Assembly (NCBI GenBank): GCA_030650795.1
Contig: JAUSDJ010000017.1
Span: 388,077-452,076 of the forward strand
Length of the DNA stretch: 64,000 nucleotides
Reading direction: 5' to 3'
Source: Actinomycetota bacterium
Lineage (GTDB): Bacteria; Actinomycetota; Actinomycetes; S36-B12
Part shown: one piece after another, positions 8,385 through 15,690 of the stretch
How the letters are laid out: every line of letters begins with the position of its first letter
How positions within the stretch are numbered: position 1 is the stretch's first letter
The notes under the pieces: generated by a model
Database searches by the model: none
The model's input: the letters and a program-made list of their open reading frames with translations, nothing else
Told to the model about the DNA's origin: nothing
Program-made: the position numbers and the translations under genes

Positions 8385-9926
8385 TTAGCGCTGGAAGCTC
8401 ATACGACGACGCTCAGTCTCAGGATCAAAGCCTTCGGTAGCGAGTTGTAGGTGTTGAACCGAGTCCTCAGGAGCCGCATTGCTTGCCCAATCCGCCAAAG
8501 GTCGATCGGCAAGGCATGCATGGGCAAGTTCATAATATGCCGGACCGACATTGGGATGGTCGAGCAATTCATGCATACGATTGAGGTTCGTAGCTGTCAA
8601 GACATCACGAGTCGCAAGCGGAATAACGCCAACAACTGGCATGCCCAGCCCGGCTGCAAGGACTTGTTCCTGCTCCATACCAACATTTGCCGCAGATTGA
8701 TTGACGACAATTCCCAACTTCTCTCGGGAGATGCCTAATCCGGACTCCTCCAGTGGAGACGTGATTTCGCGCAAAGCGCGAGCCATGCCTTGGATTGCTG
8801 TGGAAGCCAAGTTGGTGACGAACAGGATCTCATCTGCTTCCACCAATGCCACACTTGCAATAAGGGGTTCCAGGTACAGAACGCTGGTGTCAATGACAAT
8901 GACATCGAACATTCGCTGGAGACTTCTGACGATCGCCCGGTAGAAATCAGGTCCGACCGCATCTGCTGTACGAGGACGGATTGGCGCCAAGAGGCAGTAC
9001 ACGTCCAAGGTCTCAGCCTTGACAAGGCTGCTCCGGATGCACTCTTCGTCCCATACCGGTTGCACCCTGATGTTCAATGCTGTCGGCATGAACCGGCCAA
9101 TCAGCGATGCAACCTGACCGTCACGAGTGTCCAGATCCACAATGCACACGGACAAGGGAGCGCCCGCCTGCTTAGACGCGCGGGCGATCGCAGCGGCGAG
9201 CATGATGGAGGCGGTGGATTTGCCTGAGCCGCCTTTACTGGAAGTGACGGTGATCGTGGTCTGACCGGGCGGCTTGGCACGATTGAGCAGTTCCATCGAA
9301 GCGGCAGCAGGAACCTCTGGCGTCAAGGAATCTTCTGATTGTGGCTCTCCGATCCCACCAATGAACGGCAGGGCCGGCATTCGAAGGGCAAGAGTTCCAT
9401 TTCTTACTGCATTGGCATCATCGCCCCGCATTCCCAGGATGACATCGATGTCAGCTGGGAGCGGCTCGGGAAACTTCACTAAGTCTTCGGTGTACTGGGC
9501 AATGCCTTGCAGTACCGCCCTCCCTCCAAAATGAAGGTCAAGGAAATGCACAACTATCTGATTGGGATCAAGCTCCTGCGATATCGCATAGGCCTCAACT
9601 TGCGCCCAAAGTGCATCCCGGGTGCGCTGATGTGCAGATGCCACGAAGACTCGCGCACCAGCATCAGCCATCGTCACAATTGCTTGCGCCGTTTGGGCAA
9701 TCTCACGCGCCTCATGAGCCTGACCGACGGCCAGGGAATCCGAGAACACCAGCACTCGAGCACGCGAACTGATGCGGCCAGCAGCCAGCGCTGCCCACAT
9801 CGCCTCAATTGATTCCTGACGTTCTTCCAATCGCCACGATGCACCAGATGCACCGAGCAGAGAATACAACTGCGGTTCCCCGACGACGATGATCTGCGTG
9901 CCGCTCTCCTGCGGTTCAACGCTCAT
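8385..9926 (-). CDS. ParA/MinD-superfamily ATPase with receiver-like N-terminal domain (TadZ/CpaE/Ssd-like)
   Basis: Deviant Walker A (VTSSKGGSGKSTAS) and MinD-like core (IVDLD..., VIVIDT). The N-terminal ~130 aa has a beta-alpha pattern (IIVVGEP.., VLVFSDSL.., RVFVASA). ATGA overlap with the upstream gene. Confidence 0.75.
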   Translation of the reverse strand: MSVEPQESGTQIIVVGEPQLYSLLGASGASWRLEERQESIEAMWAALAAGRISSRARVLVFSDSLAVGQAHEAREIAQTAQAIVTMADAGARVFVASAHQRTRDALWAQVEAYAISQELDPNQIVVHFLDLHFGGRAVLQGIAQYTEDLVKFPEPLPADIDVILGMRGDDANAVRNGTLALRMPALPFIGGIGEPQSEDSLTPEVPAAASMELLNRAKPPGQTTITVTSSKGGSGKSTASIMLAAAIARASKQAGAPLSVCIVDLDTRDGQVASLIGRFMPTALNIRVQPVWDEECIRSSLVKAETLDVYCLLAPIRPRTADAVGPDFYRAIVRSLQRMFDVIVIDTSVLYLEPLIASVALVEADEILFVTNLASTAIQGMARALREITSPLEESGLGISREKLGIVVNQSAANVGMEQEQVLAAGLGMPVVGVIPLATRDVLTATNLNRMHELLDHPNVGPAYYELAHACLADRPLADWASNAAPEDSVQHLQLATEGFDPETERRRMSFQR

Positions 9927-10300
9927 TTCTGGGACCCCCTCCGTTCCGCAATCAAGTTGGCTGGACTGAGTCCGGCCGGCCCGTACAGGAGAAAAGCACG
10001 CTTGTGTTCTTGCTCAACTCTGAAGACGGAGTCACTCAATTCCTCGGCGGATACCGGTGATTCCTGCTGATCCTCGGCTTCCAATCCCGCAGCCCCGGTG
10101 GGAGATCCAGTCTCACCAGAAAAGATCCGGATTCCTTCAATGAGCGCCTGCGAAACTTGCAGATCCCCATGCTCGTCACGATCGGAGAGGAGGCCAATGT
10201 CTGCGTCGTCGATTGGCGAGTGGGTAAGCCGGTCAGCCATTTCGGTCTGATCGACCTTGCCGAATACGGAGCACGAGCCTTCGATGGGTTGATCACTCAT
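9923..10300 (-). CDS. Hypothetical acidic protein (125 aa)
   Basis: Start at the internal ATG at 10300 (8-nt overlap, ATGAGTGA, with the upstream stop). Its stop overlaps the ParA-like start (ATGA). No motif recognised. Confidence 0.5.
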   Translation of the reverse strand: MSDQPIEGSCSVFGKVDQTEMADRLTHSPIDDADIGLLSDRDEHGDLQVSQALIEGIRIFSGETGSPTGAAGLEAEDQQESPVSAEELSDSVFRVEQEHKRAFLLYGPAGLSPANLIAERRGSQK

Positions 10301-10727
10301 GAGCACTCCTCGGTTGTGACTGATCCGAATGCCAGTCGGACTCTGCGAGTTCACCATCGACAAAGTCGTCTAGTTCGGCCAACCAGGCTTGGGTTTCGTG
10401 CTGCAGATCAAGTGATGTGACGGGCACATCGTCGGGAACTCCAGAATGGCGATGCCAGGCGATCGACCAGGAGACCGCACAGTCGCGAGCTTGGCAAGCC
10501 ACCGCCTTGTGGTGGAGTTCGTCGCCCTCACACACACGGGCTTGCGCGCTCAACCGAATGGATCGCGAATGACCCGGCGGGCGATCAACGTCAAGTTCGA
10601 CGGTGTGAAATGAGCGCTTCTCCGTATCGTCATTGTCAGCGACTGGAACGACCGCAGTGACCCGACCGGTCCCCGAGCGCATGACAAACGTGAGCCCCTC
10701 TGCGTCCTTTTTGATCCAGCCCAGCAT
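10293..10727 (-). CDS. Hypothetical protein (144 aa)
   Basis: AAGGAGG RBS 40 nt downstream of the pilD stop. No motif recognised. Confidence 0.55.
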   Translation of the reverse strand: MLGWIKKDAEGLTFVMRSGTGRVTAVVPVADNDDTEKRSFHTVELDVDRPPGHSRSIRLSAQARVCEGDELHHKAVACQARDCAVSWSIAWHRHSGVPDDVPVTSLDLQHETQAWLAELDDFVDGELAESDWHSDQSQPRSAHE

Positions 10728-10767
10728 GGTTCTGCCTCCTTACGATGAGTATCGGTTCCCTTTGACA

Positions 10768-11571
10768 TCACAAGCCCATCAAGTCTGAATAGGCTCCCCA
10801 AACCGGCTCTGCAATGAGCAAGCCGAGAAGGGAGCCGATGAGAAGAAATGGCCCGAACGCCAAACGCGAGCCCCGCTGAGCACGTCCCGAAATCAGATAG
10901 ACGATTCCAACAACTGCGCCAACGAGGAAGCCGGCGAACAAGCCGACCGCCGCATACTCCATCCCCAACCAGCCAAGAGTCGCGCCAAGGATGGGCGCCA
11001 GTTTGACGTCCCCAAAGCCCATCCCACGTCCGGCAGTAAGCAGCCAGAGTCCCCCAATCACCGAAATCCACAGCAGCGCGCCGCCAAGTGCAGGTAGCCA
11101 GTGCCCTACACCTGTGACAAGCTGGCTCGCGGCCAGACCTACCACGGCAATGGGATACAACGGCAGCACAATCGCGTCGGGCAGGCGCTGGGTACGCGCA
11201 TCGATCACTGCCAAGGCCAGACCGGCACTGGCAAGAGTCAGCAGAAGTGGCAGCAGCGATGCCTGCTCCACCACAAACAATGACCAGTACGCCAGAGCAA
11301 CCCACAGAGTTGCATTAGCGAGTTCGACGAGCGGGTACTGCCACGAAATCACGCCGCCGCATGTACGACATCTACCACGCAAGACCAACCAGGAGAGCAC
11401 CGGAATGTTGTCCCGCCAGCGCAACTGACTTCCACAGTCTGGACATGCTGATGCCGGGTGAATGACCGATCGATGCTCTGGCACCCGCGCGATCACCACG
11501 TTCAAGAATGAACCGATCAACAGCCCCAGGACACCGAGCGCGGCGACGATTGCTGCTGCCACATCACTCAC
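10768..11571 (-). CDS. pilD: Prepilin peptidase / N-methyltransferase (A24 family)
   Basis: FLNVVIARVP, CPDCGSQLRWRDNIPVLSW...CRTCG zinc motif, GMGFGDVKL catalytic Asp motif, polytopic membrane protein. GTG start at 11571 (GTGAGTGA overlap with the upstream stop). The ORF-track extension to 11955 lies inside the upstream gene. Confidence 0.85.
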   Translation of the reverse strand: MSDVAAAIVAALGVLGLLIGSFLNVVIARVPEHRSVIHPASACPDCGSQLRWRDNIPVLSWLVLRGRCRTCGGVISWQYPLVELANATLWVALAYWSLFVVEQASLLPLLLTLASAGLALAVIDARTQRLPDAIVLPLYPIAVVGLAASQLVTGVGHWLPALGGALLWISVIGGLWLLTAGRGMGFGDVKLAPILGATLGWLGMEYAAVGLFAGFLVGAVVGIVYLISGRAQRGSRLAFGPFLLIGSLLGLLIAEPVWGAYSDLMGL

Positions 11572-12652
11572 GTAGTGCGGCTCTTCGAGCGATCGCGGCC
11601 TCAAGACGCTCACGCACCTGACGGGCCTGGCTCTCGGCTGCCACGAGTTCAGCTCGCAAGGTTGCGATTGCGAAGTCCCCCCCTCCATCCAAGACTGGCG
11701 CAACTGCAAGGAGGGGAACAGGCAGCACAGCAACCTCGACGATGGAGGGAGGCAGGTTCTGAGGTTCAGATTCCTCGGCTGACTCCTCTGGCTCCTCAAA
11801 CTCGTCGAGCACCAACTGCTGAGTCTGGAGCAAAGGCGTGATGTCGGCATGGAAGGGCACTTGATCGAACGCCTCCGGCACCAAAATGGATTCGCAAGGG
11901 AGCCCGGTGCCCTCACCAATCTCCACGACTCCGGCGTGCACCAAACCAACCACAAGGTGGGTTGCCTCGGCTCGAGTCAGGCCCAGCGCATTGGCCGCCT
12001 TATCAAGGCTTGATTCCAAGGCCAGAGCGGCAAGCAGCGATGCGAATTCTGGTAACTCAAACCCAGTTGGGAGCAGGACACCCGTTGCATTCCAGGTTAT
12101 TTCAGACACTGATGAAGCGGGTGCGATCTGTTCCCACTCCTGGCTCATGCGACGACGGCGAATTCGGGCGGCTTGTTGAAGTTCGTCGAAGTTGAGGGGC
12201 ATGGTGCACACCTCATTTGTCATGGCTCCGTCCACGAATCGTGACGTCACTTCCGAGCATTCGAGTACCGCTCCAAGCCCAGCGAGCAGGAACTCTTGAT
12301 GGATATTGGCCAAGGAGTCAGCAGTGATCCACCCACGCTCCAGGGCCATTCGTCCCAGACTGGCATGAGTCGAATCGGGGTCGGACTCGTGCTCGAGCTG
12401 CGCCAGTTGGCGCGCATCGATCAGACCTGCAGAGACAAGTCGGCGACCTACCGGGACGTCGTACCCCATGAGTTCTATCGCGTAGACTTGGCCGTCCACG
12501 AAGAAGAGTCGGGCCATTGACCCGGACAGGGAGGCAGTCACCTCAAGGCAACCGGTGCGCGAATCAGCGCAAACGCGATCGACCTCCGGATGGGATGCCA
12601 AGGGCAGGCCAATTTTCGTGGGTGGCTTGTGCCGGCCAAGGTGTACGCGCAT
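11564..12652 (-). CDS. DUF4388-like protein with central HTH-like segment and acidic/coiled-coil C-terminus
   Basis: The N-terminus (GCLEVTASLSGSMARLFFVDGQVYAIE...GRRLVSAGLIDARQL) fits the DUF4388 pattern. LGLTRAEATHLVVGLVHAGVVEI looks winged-helix-like. GAGGAGGA RBS. Its stop overlaps the pilD start. Confidence 0.5.
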   Translation of the reverse strand: MRVHLGRHKPPTKIGLPLASHPEVDRVCADSRTGCLEVTASLSGSMARLFFVDGQVYAIELMGYDVPVGRRLVSAGLIDARQLAQLEHESDPDSTHASLGRMALERGWITADSLANIHQEFLLAGLGAVLECSEVTSRFVDGAMTNEVCTMPLNFDELQQAARIRRRRMSQEWEQIAPASSVSEITWNATGVLLPTGFELPEFASLLAALALESSLDKAANALGLTRAEATHLVVGLVHAGVVEIGEGTGLPCESILVPEAFDQVPFHADITPLLQTQQLVLDEFEEPEESAEESEPQNLPPSIVEVAVLPVPLLAVAPVLDGGGDFAIATLRAELVAAESQARQVRERLEAAIARRAALRE

Positions 12653-12682
12653 CGATCCTCCTCATCGGGAGTATCGGACTGC

Positions 12683-13390
12683 TCAGGCGCTGGGGGACTC
12701 TTGCAAGCCGACCTCGTGGATGGGGCACTGCAGTGCCCCAGCGTGATCGACGGTGCCAACGGTGAAGCCCGGACGCCCTGTACACCCAGCGCGTGGATCT
12801 TCCCGATACATCCGACCGATACCGGTATAGGTGTCGGAGCGATTGACGGCTGCGGCTCGATCGGCAGCTTCCGATCGGTTCGTGATCCGCACGACATGCT
12901 CCGGGATGATCTCCAACTGCTGATCGTGAGTGGTGACCAACCATCGATAACGATCGACTGCAAATGTCCCGGCCACGGTGCGCTCAGTTCGATCGGATTG
13001 CAAGACGGTTACCGAGCAGCGGGTCCCGACGTACGGGCCCACATCTACTGTTTCGCCCGAGGCCAGTGCGTAGGTCTGGGCAAGACTGCCAGCGAATTTC
13101 AGGTATCCGAGCCGGAAGTCATAGCACTTTCCCACATGTTCACGAATCCGACTCTCCGCCTCATCGAAGGCAAGAGCGGTTCCCTCAACAAGCAATCGGG
13201 GCATGCCTTGAATGCTGTGCATTCGGTCGCAGAGTTCCCAGTTATAGGCCCGGATGTTTCGTTTCTCGCCGGGGCTCTGTGGATCAACCTCTCGACCTGT
13301 GATGCGGGCAACGAAATGCTCTGTCACCCAGTTCCACATCAGGATTCCCGGCGAGTCGGTGTAGGTCCAGGGGATCACCTGTGCCGGCAT
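12683..13390 (-). CDS. Hypothetical protein (235 aa)
   Basis: Internal ATG at 13390, 5 nt after the upstream stop. The ORF-track start at 13528 would overlap the upstream gene. No motif recognised. Confidence 0.5.
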   Translation of the reverse strand: MPAQVIPWTYTDSPGILMWNWVTEHFVARITGREVDPQSPGEKRNIRAYNWELCDRMHSIQGMPRLLVEGTALAFDEAESRIREHVGKCYDFRLGYLKFAGSLAQTYALASGETVDVGPYVGTRCSVTVLQSDRTERTVAGTFAVDRYRWLVTTHDQQLEIIPEHVVRITNRSEAADRAAAVNRSDTYTGIGRMYREDPRAGCTGRPGFTVGTVDHAGALQCPIHEVGLQESPSA

Positions 13391-13395
13391 GCTCG

Positions 13396-14523
13396 TCAAA
13401 GCAGTTCCGTCGCGTCCATCTGCGCAAGAGCCCGCTTCAGTGCCGCTGTCGCTGTCTTTGGCAGGATTTCGAGTGCCCTTGCCAACTCTGCTCGATTCAA
13501 TCCCTCCCAGAAAGTCATATATGCGCAAGTCAATGCCAGTGGGTCTTGGGCACGGCGGGAATTGGCGTCATCGTCACAGACGGCATCCAGCAATGCGCGG
13601 GTGACTGCTGCAGCCCGGGCATACGATTCGGGTCCATCGGATCCGGCCGAGGAACCCTCCCGTCTGCCGGCGGCGACCGAATCCATGTCGGTCTCCCCCA
13701 CGATGATTTCCTGATAGTTGCGCAGATTCGAGAGCGTGCTGATCGCATCCTGTCGCCTTCGCAGCTCAGTGACCGTCACCCCAAGTGCCAGGGCGCGGTC
13801 GGTTTCACTCGCGGCACGACCGGATGCCGTCATCGCCGCCTCGTTTGCCCGATGCAAGGCGATGCGATCCCCGACCAGAGTTCGCCCATAGGCCGCTCGG
13901 GCTGCATCCTGAGGCCAGGTACGGATTTTGCCGAACATGAACGCCGTGAAATTGAGGGTGCCGTTGCGTCCTGTGCGATCGGCATCGAAGCGATCGGCGT
14001 GATCATGGATGAACAGGTACATCAGCGACCGGACATCTTCGTCTTGGACGAGGTCAAGTTCCGTTGCGAGTTTGCGACGGATTCCATACGATCGCGAGAA
14101 CAGCCAAGCGGTGCACTCGGCAAGCATCTCCGTCATCAGCCCGTCGGGAATCGAGTCCAGATCCCTGAACGGCACTGCCTCCTCTACCCGGGCATTGACG
14201 ATCTCAACTCCATGCTGCTGGCTCCAGTCGCGCACCCGATCCCGGGTCTGATACCCCATTCCCGCCGGCACCCAGATCCGGTATTGGCCGTCACTCCACT
14301 GGCGCGTCCAGACCTGATCCCCAAGGTCGCGCACGAGTGCCGGCAGATCGCACGGCTCTACGGTGGACCAGTGCACACGGTCGCAAGTCATTGCGGGTGC
14401 CATCGCCAGTATTTCCCGCTCATGCCTGCCGCGGACTATGAGATCGGGCACTCGACGCCCCAGCCGCTGGTTGGAAGTGACGATGAGCTCTTCGTCAATA
14501 GGCGGTCTCTGTTCGGTCTTCAC
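13396..14523 (-). CDS. Sigma-70-family-like protein with ~160-aa unrecognised N-terminal domain
   Basis: Region-2-like segment (LMYLFIHDHADRFDADR..NFTAFMFGKIRTWPQDAARAAYGR) and region-4 HTH-like segment (FWEGLNRAELARALEILPKTATAALKRAL). GTG start overlaps the upstream stop (TAGTG). Judged by eye only. Confidence 0.45.
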   Translation of the reverse strand: MKTEQRPPIDEELIVTSNQRLGRRVPDLIVRGRHEREILAMAPAMTCDRVHWSTVEPCDLPALVRDLGDQVWTRQWSDGQYRIWVPAGMGYQTRDRVRDWSQQHGVEIVNARVEEAVPFRDLDSIPDGLMTEMLAECTAWLFSRSYGIRRKLATELDLVQDEDVRSLMYLFIHDHADRFDADRTGRNGTLNFTAFMFGKIRTWPQDAARAAYGRTLVGDRIALHRANEAAMTASGRAASETDRALALGVTVTELRRRQDAISTLSNLRNYQEIIVGETDMDSVAAGRREGSSAGSDGPESYARAAAVTRALLDAVCDDDANSRRAQDPLALTCAYMTFWEGLNRAELARALEILPKTATAALKRALAQMDATELL

Positions 14524-15017
14524 TAGGCCATCTGCTCAAGCTTGGCCACCGGTGGCAGGCTGGAGTCTGCAAGCGCAGTACTCACTTGGAGGCCTCGCGC
14601 CAGCATCGCCATCGGTGCCGCGGGGTCCGGAATCTCGACCAAGCAGGGATCGTAGGCAGCGAGGTCCTCGATGACCCGCCGAACCAGCAGCACAGCCAAG
14701 CATGATCGTGGACTGGCCAACTTGACGTCCACCAGCGAGCCCAGGCTTACTGCGAGGGTCAGATGCAAACGGGTGTCCTCTGCATCCACCCCGATTAGCC
14801 GCGTGGGCACCGACGGGAAGTGCTCAAGAATCACGGCCAGCCCACGCGCCGCAAGACGAGCAGCCTGGTGAGTAGGAGCCAATCTCAGGCCGATCTCGAC
14901 TTCACGTTCAATACCCGAAAACTCGGAACCGAACTGCGACAGGGGAAGCGCATCCGGAATGAATTGTCCGGTCATTTGACTGGTCATAGTAAGACTATGA
15001 CACGGCTTTTGCGTCAC
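14523..15017 (-). CDS. Hypothetical protein (up to 164 aa; start uncertain)
   Basis: First ORF after the pilA hairpin and an AT-rich patch. Alternative ATG starts at 14987 and 14975. No motif recognised. Confidence 0.45.
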   Translation of the reverse strand: MTQKPCHSLTMTSQMTGQFIPDALPLSQFGSEFSGIEREVEIGLRLAPTHQAARLAARGLAVILEHFPSVPTRLIGVDAEDTRLHLTLAVSLGSLVDVKLASPRSCLAVLLVRRVIEDLAAYDPCLVEIPDPAAPMAMLARGLQVSTALADSSLPPVAKLEQMA

Positions 15018-15077
15018 GGCAACTTAAATATGTTTACAAGGCGTGAATTCTTCGAGCCGCAATCTGGCTGCCTGATG

Positions 15078-15118
15078 ACTGTGGGGCCGGTGCCAGACTC
15101 GGCTCCCGGCCCCACAGT
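15078..15118 (-). terminator. Stem-loop downstream of pilA (13-bp perfect stem, 15-nt loop)
   Basis: actgtggggccgg (15078-15090) pairs perfectly with ccggccccacagt (15106-15118), 25 nt after the pilA stop. There is no U-tract, which is common in actinobacterial terminators. Confidence 0.45.
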
Positions 15119-15142
15119 CAGGGTCGTGCTGGGTGGAGTCGG

Positions 15143-15598
15143 CTAGACGACGTCCGCTGCTGGAGCCGTGCCCGCCGGGCAGCCAGCCGCGACTACAGCG
15201 GCTGTCGGAGTGATCAAGCCACCGCCCGCTGAGTCGTAGTAGGTCAGGCTGTCCGCGAGCGCCTCGGAGTTGCAGGCCACGATGGTGAAGGAGTTTCCGG
15301 TGGCCGCAACAGCAACCGACAGCACATTGCCAACGGAGATCTTCGCGTCGTTCGTGGTGATGAGGTTGGTTCCACCGGCAGGGTAGGCGCTGTTCTGCGT
15401 GTACGCCGTCTCCATCAGTGTGGCCACATTGCGCACGTCAGATTCAACTGAAGCCGTACGCGCCGAGTTGCGCTGATTCAAGAAAACGGGGATCGCAATT
15501 GCGGCGAGAATTCCAATGATGATGACGACGACGAGAAGCTCGATCAGGGTGAAACCCGATTCGCGTTCGTCCCGCATCCTTGTTAAGCGAGTGAGCAT
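15143..15598 (-). CDS. pilA: Type IV major pilin
   Basis: Class III signal (..RESG|FTLIELLVVVIIIGILAAIAIP). C-terminal Cys pair (C..C) forms the D-region. AGGAG RBS 8 nt before the ATG at 15598. Confidence 0.85.
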   Translation of the reverse strand: MLTRLTRMRDERESGFTLIELLVVVIIIGILAAIAIPVFLNQRNSARTASVESDVRNVATLMETAYTQNSAYPAGGTNLITTNDAKISVGNVLSVAVAATGNSFTIVACNSEALADSLTYYDSAGGGLITPTAAVVAAGCPAGTAPAADVV

Positions 15599-15649
15599 GT
15601 GATGACTCCTGATCAAACTACCCCTCGTCGGGGTTCAGCCCCCGATGGG

Positions 15650-15679
15650 CTGATACAAAGGGTTTCGGACCGATTGCAG
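15650..15679 (-). promoter_or_regulatory. Candidate pilA promoter: TGCAAT-N17-TATCAG with GTCCGAAAC in the spacer
   Basis: The minus strand reads cTGCAATcgGTCCGAAACcctttgTATCAG, about 50-80 nt upstream of the pilA ATG. The same architecture occurs at 29048-29077. Confidence 0.35.
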
Positions 15680-15690
15680 GAGTTGGCCCC

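Noticed and set aside
12590-14526. Long plus-strand ORFs (12590..13714, 374 aa; 13381..14526, 381 aa) opposite the sigma-like and 235-aa genes. Similar antisense ORFs occur at 10550..11305, 19659..20828, 6332..7138, 32700..33509, 45043..45816 and 54810..55469, among others.
   Set aside because: They are Arg/Pro/Ser/Gly-rich low-complexity translations with no motifs. They lie antisense to genes that have clear homology or operon logic. This is typical shadow-ORF behaviour in high-GC DNA.
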